From: Candidatus Poribacteria bacterium
GTDB taxonomy: Bacteria; Poribacteria; WGA-4E; WGA-3G
Direction: 5' to 3'
Length of the DNA: 64,000 bases
Assembly: GCA_965215265.1 (NCBI GenBank)
Contig: OZ244048.1
Location: 992,001-1,056,000 of the forward strand
Shown here: one piece after another, positions 9,926 through 18,752 of the stretch
Numbering within the stretch: the stretch's first letter is position 1
How the letters are laid out: each line of letters opens with the position of its first letter
Position numbers and translations under genes: made by a program
Notes under the pieces: generated by a model
Databases searched by the model: none
Seen by the model: only the letters and a program-made list of their open reading frames with translations
What the model was told of the DNA's origin: nothing

Positions 9926-11605
9926 ATGAATAGGGCAAAAACTTATATTGATATCGCGTATCTATTCAACGATATCAGGGATGCCCAAAGTGCTCTCGCT
10001 GAAGTACGTGCGACAGTGCCGGATGTGCTGAACACGTTTGACAGCCTCGTAGAAAAGATAGCCAGCCATACCTCTACGCTCTTTCAAAACGAATTCGCCC
10101 TAAAACTGGGAGACGGAGCGTTTTGGCGTGAAAAATGGACAAAAGGTGTATGGTCCCCCATCCGTTGGGCTAGTCTTTGGGCTAGTCTTGTGGGATTTGG
10201 TGTTACTAAGGGAGACGTAAACTTAATGATTCAACTGGCCCTAGAACAGGTGGTTCAGTTTAAACTAGATGCGTGGGTGGCAGCACTTCCCGACAAATTA
10301 ACGGAGCACCTCGATGCCCCTAAGGCACAGCTCCTCGTTAGAGATTTGGACTTGGCATTTGATGAGTTCCAGGTGCGTTTGAAGCGGATCGATTTACACG
10401 TGAAAGGCATTGGCAAGATCAATGCCGTCCAGAGTGATGAGATTGCGAATATAAAGCAGCTCATCTCCGACACTATAGGCTGCGGTTTTGCTATACCCGT
10501 AAGTTCTGCTATAGTTGCTGACTCGATTGTGGAGAATACTGTGTACATGCCTACGGCCCGCCTCATGGCCAATCACATCGCGGATGAAGCCAGGAAACAT
10601 TTCAACGCTACGGGTGCTTATATCGGTGCAGAAATTGAGAGAATAATGGTTGAGAATTTCGCTGTGCCTCGTCAAAAGCTAGCGGCGGTGCTTGAGGATG
10701 AAGTAACTAGGACAGAGCACCGTTTGGAGACGCTGGCGAATATCGTCCACGGCGAACTGATAAAAAAGGCGCGATTAGATTTAGAACCAGAAAAACCAAC
10801 CGAGCAGGAGATACGAGCACATCCGCCGGAGACACTAGTTGTTCCGAAAGGGATGGTGCTGATTCCCGCCGGCGAATTCCTGATGGGCAGCGATGCCGAG
10901 AATGACGAACAGCCTGTGCATCCGGTGTATGTAGACGCGTTCTATATGGATACGCACGAAGTGACGAACGCGGAGTATCAAACTTTTGTGCTGGCAAACC
11001 CGCAGTGGCAGAAGACGCAGATTCCGGATGCCCTCCATAATGGTCGTTATCTAAGCCATTGGGACGGTAATAACTATCCAGTGGGTGAGGCGGACCATCC
11101 CGTGACGTATGTGTCGTGGTATGGTGCAATGGCGTATGCCGCGTGGGCGGGTAAGCGTCTTCCAACGGAGGCGGAGTGGGAGAAAGCGGCACGCGGGGGG
11201 TTAGTTGATAAGAGATATCCGTGGGGGGACACGATTACGCCGAACGATGCGAACTACGGTAAGAATGTAGGCGGTACGACTTCTGTGTGCAGTTATGCTG
11301 CAAACGGGTATGGGCTGTCCGACATGGCAGGCAACGCTTGGGAATGGTGTCTGGATGAGTGGGATGCGGATTTTTATTCTCAGTCTCCGTCTCGGAATCC
11401 GCTGAGTGGTGTGTCTGGCAGTACACTCGCGAATCTGGATGAGATTGTAGATAAATATATAAATATTAAGTCTTCTCGCGTGTTGCACGGCGGTAGTTGG
11501 CTCAATCTTCCACGGGTCGTGCGTGTCGCCAATCGCTTCGGGTATACCCCGTCGTTCGCGCTCACCAACGTCGGTTTCCGGTGCGCGAGGGCTGTAACCC
11601 CTTAA
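9926..11605 (+). CDS. Fusion of dynamin-like stalk region and FGE/CLec domain (copy 5)
   Basis: N-terminal ~290 aa align by eye with 14847..16061 (VRATVPDVLNTFDSL/ARAKVPAVLEAFDNL; DLDLAFDEF/DLDRALDEF); C-terminal FGE domain near-identical to copy 3 except the variable end. Confidence 0.85.
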   Translation: MNRAKTYIDIAYLFNDIRDAQSALAEVRATVPDVLNTFDSLVEKIASHTSTLFQNEFALKLGDGAFWREKWTKGVWSPIRWASLWASLVGFGVTKGDVNLMIQLALEQVVQFKLDAWVAALPDKLTEHLDAPKAQLLVRDLDLAFDEFQVRLKRIDLHVKGIGKINAVQSDEIANIKQLISDTIGCGFAIPVSSAIVADSIVENTVYMPTARLMANHIADEARKHFNATGAYIGAEIERIMVENFAVPRQKLAAVLEDEVTRTEHRLETLANIVHGELIKKARLDLEPEKPTEQEIRAHPPETLVVPKGMVLIPAGEFLMGSDAENDEQPVHPVYVDAFYMDTHEVTNAEYQTFVLANPQWQKTQIPDALHNGRYLSHWDGNNYPVGEADHPVTYVSWYGAMAYAAWAGKRLPTEAEWEKAARGGLVDKRYPWGDTITPNDANYGKNVGGTTSVCSYAANGYGLSDMAGNAWEWCLDEWDADFYSQSPSRNPLSGVSGSTLANLDEIVDKYINIKSSRVLHGGSWLNLPRVVRVANRFGYTPSFALTNVGFRCARAVTP

Positions 11606-11696
11606 ATCTTTAACCCTTTATCCCTTCCGAGCCGTATCCGGAGCGAATGGCACATAGAAGAATTTGAACGATGACTTAAAAAGGAGATTTATCAGA

Positions 11697-12653
11697 ATGA
11701 GTCGTACCGAAACTCATATTGACAGAGAAGAACCAACCGAACCGCAGACACCAATTGTCCCAGAAGGAATGGTGCTCATCCCCGCGGGCGACTTCCAGAT
11801 GGGCAGCAACGATTATGATAACGAGCAGCCTGTGCATACGGTGTATGTGGACGCGTTCTATATGGATACGCACGAGGTGACGAACGCCGAGTATAAAACT
11901 TTTGTGCTGGCGAACCCGCAGTGGCAGAAGACGCGGATTCCGGATGTCTTCCACAATCGTTATTACCTATTCTATTGGGACTGGGACGGTAATAACTATC
12001 CAGTGGGTGAGGCGGACCATCCTGTGACGTGGGTGTCGTGGTATGCGGCGATGGCATATTCCGCGTGGGTAGGTAAGCGTCTCCCAACGGAGGCGGAATG
12101 GGAGAAAGCGGCGCGCGGTGGTAATGTAGGGGATACCCGTCCTGTCGGGAGTTATGCTGCGAACGGGTATGGGCTTGATATGGCCGGCAACGTGTGGGAG
12201 TGGTGTCTGGATGCGTATGATTGGGTGTCGTGGTATGCGGCGATGGCATATTCCGCGTGGGTAGGTAAGCGTCTCCCAACGGAGGCGGAATGGGAGAAAG
12301 CGGCGCGCGGTGGTAATGTAGGGGATACCCGTCCTGTCGGGAGTTATGCTGCGAACGGGTATGGGCTTGATATGGCCGGCAACGTGTGGGAGTGGTGTCT
12401 GGATGCGTATGATGCGGATTTTTATTCTGCGTCTCCGTCTAGTAATCCGCTGAGTGGTGTGTCTGGCAGTATGCTCGCGAATCTGGATGAGATTGTATCG
12501 GACTATACAAATATTAAGTCTAGTCGCGCGCTGCGTGGCGGGAGTTGGAACACTGATACCCGTCCCCTGCGCGCCGCTGATCGCACCGGGTGTACGCCGA
12601 TGTTCACGAGCAACGGCCTCGGGTTCCGGTGTGCGAGGGCTGTAACCCCTTAA
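11697..12653 (+). CDS. FGE-sulfatase/CLec-fold protein copy 6 (putative DGR target) with a 64-aa internal duplication
   Basis: Same motifs; exact 192-nt tandem repeat 12030-12221/12222-12413; YPWG segment deleted. Confidence 0.85.
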   Translation: MSRTETHIDREEPTEPQTPIVPEGMVLIPAGDFQMGSNDYDNEQPVHTVYVDAFYMDTHEVTNAEYKTFVLANPQWQKTRIPDVFHNRYYLFYWDWDGNNYPVGEADHPVTWVSWYAAMAYSAWVGKRLPTEAEWEKAARGGNVGDTRPVGSYAANGYGLDMAGNVWEWCLDAYDWVSWYAAMAYSAWVGKRLPTEAEWEKAARGGNVGDTRPVGSYAANGYGLDMAGNVWEWCLDAYDADFYSASPSSNPLSGVSGSMLANLDEIVSDYTNIKSSRALRGGSWNTDTRPLRAADRTGCTPMFTSNGLGFRCARAVTP

Positions 12654-12745
12654 ATCTTTAACCCTTTACCCCTTCCGAGCTGCAGGCAGCTCGGACCGAG
12701 AATGCAATGAAAAGTCCCGAGAAGAAAACACGGAAAAATCCCTAG

Positions 12746-12918
12746 AAAACTCGAGATTCGACCAAACTCAATGGCTCACTAGGCAGCGGCGCAATCGCCT
12801 CACCGGTGAGTCCTCTGACTATACTGAAATTGATCGTGAAAGGATTAATAAGAGTTTTCGGAAAGACTAATAAGTAAGTTAAGTGAGGTTTTGTCAATGA
12901 ATGAAAGCAAAAATCCCT
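12746..12918 (+). repeat. Leader block also present, rearranged, at ~86-310
   Basis: aaactcgagattcg..caaactcaatgg...aggattaataagagttttcggaaagactaa and taagtaagttaagtgaggttttgtcaatgaatgaaagcaaaaatccc occur at both sites. Confidence 0.8.
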
Positions 12919-13124
12919 CTGAAACGCATATTGACATCGCGACTCGATTAGACGATATCGCGGTTTTGATTGGAGCAGAACAGGATAAAGCCATTACGCT
13001 ACACACAGGCGACATCGTGGAGAGACCTGGACTGGGCTTGTTAACCTACTCGACTGTGCTGGAGCAGACTGCAAAGCGATGGCAAGAAGGTATCACTGCG
13101 ACTGAGGACTTGTCCCGAGAGTAG
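12897..13124 (+). pseudogene. Dynamin-like N-terminal leader fragment
   Basis: ETHIDIATRLDDIAVLIG...QTAKRW nearly identical to the 7291 leader, then stop. Confidence 0.65.
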
Positions 13125-13265
13125 TTCTACGTCTCTCGGGTTCGTGCGCGGACGCATTGGGGGTTGCGGACGCGTCTGAACAATAAGTTTGGAGCGTGTC
13201 TTCTCTGCGCGTGCCTGAATCAATGTTTAGGACACCCCTTAGAAGACAGGAGATGAAAGGAAAAC

Positions 13266-13706
13266 ATGATGAACATTATAGCAGAGCATCACAAAGTCAT
13301 TGCAGAGTGTGACAAAGTCATTGCCACGGCAGACGGCCATCGTGGCGAGCTTAACAAAGCACTTGCCCTGGTACACTACGGGCGCGGCAGAGCGAAGTTA
13401 ATCTTGCATAAAACCAAAGACGCGATATGGAATTCTGACCCAGACATTAAATACGCGATAGCCGCATTGGATTTTGACGCAGGCATTAAATACGCGATAG
13501 CCGATTTTGACACAGCCATTCACATCAACCCAAACGCGGCCGAGGCATACTACTATCGCGGCAAGGCGCGTTTAGCCTTGGATCACCTCGACTCCGCGAT
13601 AGCCGATTTTGACACAGCCATTCACATCAACCCAAAATATGTCGAGGCCCACCACTTGCGCGCAGAGGCGAAGTTAATGAGGGAGCGGGTTCCGGCGATG
13701 GTGTAG
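13266..13706 (+). CDS. TPR repeat protein
   Basis: Repeated AIADFDTAIHINP..AEAY..RG TPR units; same RBS and start (MMNI) as FGE copies 1 and 3. Confidence 0.8.
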   Translation: MMNIIAEHHKVIAECDKVIATADGHRGELNKALALVHYGRGRAKLILHKTKDAIWNSDPDIKYAIAALDFDAGIKYAIADFDTAIHINPNAAEAYYYRGKARLALDHLDSAIADFDTAIHINPKYVEAHHLRAEAKLMRERVPAMV

Positions 13707-13921
13707 AAAAGACGCGATTAGCCCGCATAGAATCTACGCTCCGTTCGCAATTCGAGGTGCTGAGTGTGCACGTCTACGGGCGAGTACTGACGGATGCCGA
13801 GATACGAACGCGTATAGAACCGGATCAAAGCAGCAGCGGCGAAAGCAGCGCTGGCTAAGACGAGGATGGCTGCGCAGGTGCGAGCGTGCCGGCGCAGCGG
13901 CTTTCAAGGAGATTTATCAGA

Positions 13922-14764
13922 ATGAGTCGTGTAGAAACTCATATTGACAGAGAAGAAACAACCCAACCGCAGACACCAATTGTCCCAAAAGGAATGGTGC
14001 TCATCCCTGCAGGCAACTTCCAGATGGGCAGCGATGCTGCTGATGCGTGGGATAACGAGCAGCCTGTGCATACGGTGCATGTGGACGCGTTCTATATGGA
14101 TACGCACGAAGTAACGAACGCCGAGTATAAAATTTTTGTGCTGGAGAACCCCAAGTGGCAGCATGTTGCGGATGCACCCGGTGATGATGTTCATCTGGCC
14201 GATTGGATTGGTAAAAATGACTATCCTTGGGGTGAGAGAGACCATCCTGTGACATATGTGTCATGGTATGGTGCAATGGCGTATGCGGCGTGGGCAGGTA
14301 AGCGTCTTCCGACGGAGGCAGAGTGGGAGAAAGCGGCACGCGGGGGGTTAGTTGGTAAGAAATACCCATGGGGGGACACGATAATGCCGAACGATGCGAA
14401 CTATTGGAGCGGCGGCACGGATAAGGATTATGTAGACGGTACAACGGCTGTGGGGAGTTATCCCCCGAACGGATATGGGTTATATGACATGGTCGGCAAC
14501 GTGTCAGAGTGGTGCCTGGATGAGTATAATGAGGATTTCTATTCTGCGTCTCCGTCTAGTAATCCGCTGAGTGGTGTGTCTGGCAGTATGCTCGCGAATC
14601 TGGATGAGATTGTAGATGACTATACAAATATTAAGTCTCGTCGCGTGTCGCGCGGCGGTGGCTGGTGCCTTAATTCATGGTACCTGCGCGCCGCGGAGCG
14701 CGAAGGGACTGCACCGAGTAGGGCCCTCAGCGGTTTCCGGTGTGCACGGGCTGTTACTCCTTAA
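13922..14764 (+). CDS. FGE-sulfatase/CLec-fold protein copy 7 (putative DGR target)
   Basis: Same motifs; shortened variable end. Confidence 0.9.
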   Translation: MSRVETHIDREETTQPQTPIVPKGMVLIPAGNFQMGSDAADAWDNEQPVHTVHVDAFYMDTHEVTNAEYKIFVLENPKWQHVADAPGDDVHLADWIGKNDYPWGERDHPVTYVSWYGAMAYAAWAGKRLPTEAEWEKAARGGLVGKKYPWGDTIMPNDANYWSGGTDKDYVDGTTAVGSYPPNGYGLYDMVGNVSEWCLDEYNEDFYSASPSSNPLSGVSGSMLANLDEIVDDYTNIKSRRVSRGGGWCLNSWYLRAAEREGTAPSRALSGFRCARAVTP

Positions 14765-14846
14765 ATCTTCAACCCTTTACCCCTTCCGAGCTGCATGCAG
14801 ATGGGCTTGCGACACGAAGAATTTGAACAAAGGAGAATTTATCATA

Positions 14847-16061
14847 ATGATTCGTACCGAAACTCATATTGACATCGCGACTCGATTAGACGATATCGCG
14901 GTTTTGATTGGATTAGAACAAGATAAAGCCATTACGCTACACACAGGCGACATCGTGGAGAGACCTGGACTGGGCTTGTCAACCCACTCGACCGTGCTGG
15001 AGCAGACTGCAAAGCGATGGCGAGAAGGTATCACTGCGATTGGGGCCTTGGAACATGCGATGGATAACGGTGTCCTCCGGGCAATAGATGCGGCTTCGCA
15101 GGAGATTGCGCTGAGAAGAAAGGTGCTCGAGATGGGGGCGGCGGCGCGTGAAAGGGCTATCGCGGCCTCGCAAATTTATCTCGCGAAAGCGCGTGCGAAA
15201 GTGCCGGCTGTGCTGGAAGCGTTTGACAACCTCGCAGAAGAGGTGGCGGCACGTGCCGAGACGCGCTTTCAAACGGAAGTGCCGGCTGTGCTGGGAAGAG
15301 CGTATTTGCGTGAAGAGCTGGAAAGAAGGTGGCGTGAAGTAGGGGAAATACTAAAAGCCAGCGTTGAAGAATCTGACGCACGGCACCTCGTCGGCGATTT
15401 GGATCGGGCCCTTGATGAGTTCTGGGCGGTTTTGAAGCGGGGCGATTTACACCTCAAACGCATTCGCCGGATTTATGTCGGCCCGAGTGATGCGACCGCG
15501 AATTGGAAGTGGCTCATCTTCGAAGCTATAGGCCTGGGTCTAGAGGATATCAGTGCTATCAACTTAGGCTATACTGCGGATATCAGTGCTATCAACTTAG
15601 GCTATACTGCGGACTTCCGCTCTTTTCTCAGAGGCGTATTTTTCCTTTGGCCTGAACAGGCATTTTTTTATAGATACGGCGCACAGAGTTTCGCTGCGCA
15701 TCGTGAAAAACTGGAGGCGGCACTTGATGACGAGATAAGTGGCAGAGAGAAACGCTTGCAGACGCTGCGTCAGGCAAACCGTGATGAGACTAACACTCAG
15801 GAAACACAAGCGAGATTAGAGGGCATAGCGTCCGCGCTGCGTTCGCAATGGGAAGCGATGAGTCAGCGCGTCTACGGAAAAGTGCTGACAGATGCAAAGA
15901 TACAAGCACGTTTAGAACCGTTGCTTAAGGAGAAGGCGAACGCATGGCAACGAGAAAAGAGTCGTTCCAGATGGGCGAAACAGAGCGTGAGTAGGCGAGC
16001 GCAGCTGCCCAACGTCCTCTCTATCAAGCACGGACGAAAAAACAGGATGTGGCGATATTGA
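14847..16061 (+). CDS. Dynamin-like protein lacking the GTPase domain (leader joined to stalk)
   Basis: Leader as in 7291 up to RW.EGIT, no P-loop, then a helical region similar to the C-half of 2058..4169. Confidence 0.7.
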   Translation: MIRTETHIDIATRLDDIAVLIGLEQDKAITLHTGDIVERPGLGLSTHSTVLEQTAKRWREGITAIGALEHAMDNGVLRAIDAASQEIALRRKVLEMGAAARERAIAASQIYLAKARAKVPAVLEAFDNLAEEVAARAETRFQTEVPAVLGRAYLREELERRWREVGEILKASVEESDARHLVGDLDRALDEFWAVLKRGDLHLKRIRRIYVGPSDATANWKWLIFEAIGLGLEDISAINLGYTADISAINLGYTADFRSFLRGVFFLWPEQAFFYRYGAQSFAAHREKLEAALDDEISGREKRLQTLRQANRDETNTQETQARLEGIASALRSQWEAMSQRVYGKVLTDAKIQARLEPLLKEKANAWQREKSRSRWAKQSVSRRAQLPNVLSIKHGRKNRMWRY

Positions 16062-16409
16062 TGGCATCCAGGCTGATACAATGAATCTCAACAATGTACA
16101 CGTAGTCTACACTTGGGCAAGACGAGAGGAGGGCAGACAACTGTGAAACTAGTTGGCTGGTTCTTGATAGTACTTGGGTCCGCAGGAGCGTTGGCAGTGC
16201 TGATATGAGGATTTTACAATGATCATGGAATTAGAGTTTTTGCGAAGTTAATATTGCCTAGAGCGTTTTTAGCAGGCTTCTGAAAAAAGTTGAAAAAAAA
16301 AGATTGTGCGAGACTGCAAAACAACGCAATTCCGGCAGTTTACGTTTGAAGAGCCAAACCGTGTAAACTCATTGTGAGCGGAGAGTTCCGTTTTCATAAA
16401 AGTGTTTCA

Positions 16410-16762
16410 ATGATGCCAAAACTCATATTGACATCGCGACTCGATTAGACGATATCGCGGCTTTGATTAGAGCAGAACAAGATAAACCCATTACGCTACA
16501 CACAGGCGACACCGTGGAGAGACCTGGACTGGGCCTATCAACCTACTCGGCCGTGCTAGAGGCGAGTGCACAGCGATGGCGAAAAGGTATCACCACCATA
16601 CCCGTCATCGGCTCGGTTTCTGTCGGTAAATCGACGTTCCTGAATGGCTTGTTGGGGACGGACTTACCAACAAATGGAGGTACAAGGAATCCGCCCTGCT
16701 TTGCAGGGGAAGGGAAGTTCTCCCCGCTTGCGGGGATGAATTCCCATCCTTCTCAAAGATGA
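16410..16762 (+). pseudogene. Truncated dynamin-like gene (leader plus P-loop)
   Basis: GSVSVGKST present; similarity ends at ~16670 beside two GC hairpins; upstream ATGs out of frame. Confidence 0.7.
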
Positions 16763-16858
16763 CAAATGCTCCTTGAACTCACGACTAAACCATTTGATGG
16801 TTCTCAAGTCTTTTTTCTGCAATGAAAAAACCAGAAGAGACGATAGGTGAGGTTCCGA

Positions 16859-18259
16859 ATGAAGAAATGGATGAGCAGTGTGCTATTAGCAAGTTGGTTA
16901 GTAGGAGGAATTGGATTTGCACTGTCTGGCAACGCCCAAGGGCAGTCTCCCGTAATAAACGGAGACGCAGAAATACTGTGGACCGGCAAGGCAGATATGG
17001 ATGAAATCCTCAAGGATATCGGTTATCGGGCGACGCGCCACATCGCCGAAGTGCCTGAGGTAGACGTGGTGTTTGTGGTTGACGGCTCGCTGCAGATGGT
17101 AGGATCGATTGGAATAGTTGAGAGAAACTTCGTTACGCTGCTAGACGCGCTTGAGAAGAAGACTTTAGATTACCGGTTTGCGATGCTCGCGTTTCGGTTG
17201 GTCAAAGGGCAACCGAATGTTAAGTTACTCCCATGGACTTTTGACCGTGCAGCGGTTGAAAAGCAATTGAGCTACATACGGCGTGTTTGGAGAGGCGACT
17301 TTGAGACAGGACACGGGCTAGATGCGCTGATGCAAGGATTAAATGAATTCAGGTTTAAGGCAGACGCAATCACGCAGTTCGTTATCATCACCAATTCGCC
17401 ACTTACAACCATCCGTCCTGAGGATGAAGCCCGAAAGAGAATGATCGAACAAATTATCAACAGTTGCTACCGGGATAAGGTTCAGCTCAACTTTATCGGC
17501 ATCCAGGACAGCGTGCAGATTGAACTGGCCGGCAAGACGGGCGGCAAATGGTATCCTATTATCCACGGGACATCACCGCCCCTAGATCCTGTCCAAATCC
17601 TGGGCATTCCTGATAGGCTAAAGCAACTGCGAGGGCATCCTGATAGGCTAAACAAGACGGTCGATAAAATTTTCGAACAAATCGCAGAATTTCTGATTGA
17701 CGGTGCCCCTAACAAATTGGATATTGTCTTCCTTTTTGATTGCAGTCGAAGCATGAGAAACAGGGTTGATGCCGTGTGTGATGGACTGGATGAGATGGTG
17801 ACGGTGTTGAACGCTGCACGGCTCGACTATCGGTTTGGGGTAATCCGTTTTTGGGCTAAACCGGGGCTCTCTGGACAAAGTACTGTCCTGGTTAGCAAGC
17901 CGCCGCTAAAAGTAGCGTCGGTGAAGAAGCTATTCCGCAGACCGAAAGCCGGAACAGAGCGTTTATTGGATGCCATTGTGGAAGGAGTGCCGAAATTGCG
18001 GACACCGGCAGAGCGTTCGCTGGTCTTGATTATCGTCACCGATGAACCCACGAATAAAGACGACCCAAATATGTGGACGGTAAATAAGGCAATTGAGGTT
18101 TGCCAGGGAGCACAGGCTCGCGTTTATGTCCTCGGAGGTCTTAGCTTTGCAAACGGAATTTTGAGGAGAGATCCATTCCAACGTAGAATCGCCGTATTAA
18201 CCAAAGGGGCGTACTACACGATGCGGGGGGCACCGATGTTCGATTTGCGTCTAGAGTGA
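16859..18259 (+). CDS. Secreted protein with two von Willebrand A domains
   Basis: Signal peptide; MIDAS-like DVVFVVDGSLQM and DIVFLFDCSRSM; IIVTDEP. Confidence 0.8.
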   Translation: MKKWMSSVLLASWLVGGIGFALSGNAQGQSPVINGDAEILWTGKADMDEILKDIGYRATRHIAEVPEVDVVFVVDGSLQMVGSIGIVERNFVTLLDALEKKTLDYRFAMLAFRLVKGQPNVKLLPWTFDRAAVEKQLSYIRRVWRGDFETGHGLDALMQGLNEFRFKADAITQFVIITNSPLTTIRPEDEARKRMIEQIINSCYRDKVQLNFIGIQDSVQIELAGKTGGKWYPIIHGTSPPLDPVQILGIPDRLKQLRGHPDRLNKTVDKIFEQIAEFLIDGAPNKLDIVFLFDCSRSMRNRVDAVCDGLDEMVTVLNAARLDYRFGVIRFWAKPGLSGQSTVLVSKPPLKVASVKKLFRRPKAGTERLLDAIVEGVPKLRTPAERSLVLIIVTDEPTNKDDPNMWTVNKAIEVCQGAQARVYVLGGLSFANGILRRDPFQRRIAVLTKGAYYTMRGAPMFDLRLE

Positions 18260-18449
18260 ATTTGTGCTGACATAAACTCCAAAACAATTCCGGAGACCCT
18301 ATAGGGAAAGTAAATCTTGATTTAGATAAGATACGCCTTCATGCATTGCGTTTATCCCTACTTTAGTTTACATCAAAAATTGTTTCGATTAAGAAAAAAA
18401 CCCGGAACTACGGCTGCACGTTAAGCAAGATGAACATGAAGAAAACGAG

Positions 18450-18752
18450 GTGAAGAGTGTTGTTAAGGATTGGAAAGCCCAAGAACATCACCATATCATC
18501 GGAACATGGGGTGAAGCAGGACTGCATCTATACATAGATGGTGAGCACGTCGGTGTGAACACTAACTTTAAAAGGAGCCCCGAAAACCTTCATGGAGAAT
18601 TTGTGATTAACAATCAAGCTGCAGATCCAAAAGAAAAAGATGCATTTGACAAGCCAACGGGTTGGATTGTCAACAACGTTCGCATTTCTAACTATCAGTG
18701 GGACGCAGCAAAAGTGAAAGCACGTTTTGAGGAACTCCATCCGACTGAATAA
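18450..18752 (+). CDS. LamG/concanavalin-like domain fragment
   Basis: W...HHIIGTWG...LHLYIDG...VNNVRISN pattern; probably N-truncated. Confidence 0.55.
   Translation: MKSVVKDWKAQEHHHIIGTWGEAGLHLYIDGEHVGVNTNFKRSPENLHGEFVINNQAADPKEKDAFDKPTGWIVNNVRISNYQWDAAKVKARFEELHPTE

Noticed and set aside
5472-14444. Recurrent antisense ORFs (HHTTT/RRSSLRACP type)
   Set aside because: They are shadows of the repeated FGE genes on the opposite strand.
5499-14764. FGE-domain genes as true formylglycine-generating enzymes maturing the sulfatase at 33649
   Set aside because: They lack the conserved catalytic cysteine pair after RGGS; that region is hypervariable instead.
14616-14846. N-terminal extension of the 481-aa ORF
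   Set aside because: It overlaps CLec copy 7 in another frame; the RBS and shared leader place the start at 14847.
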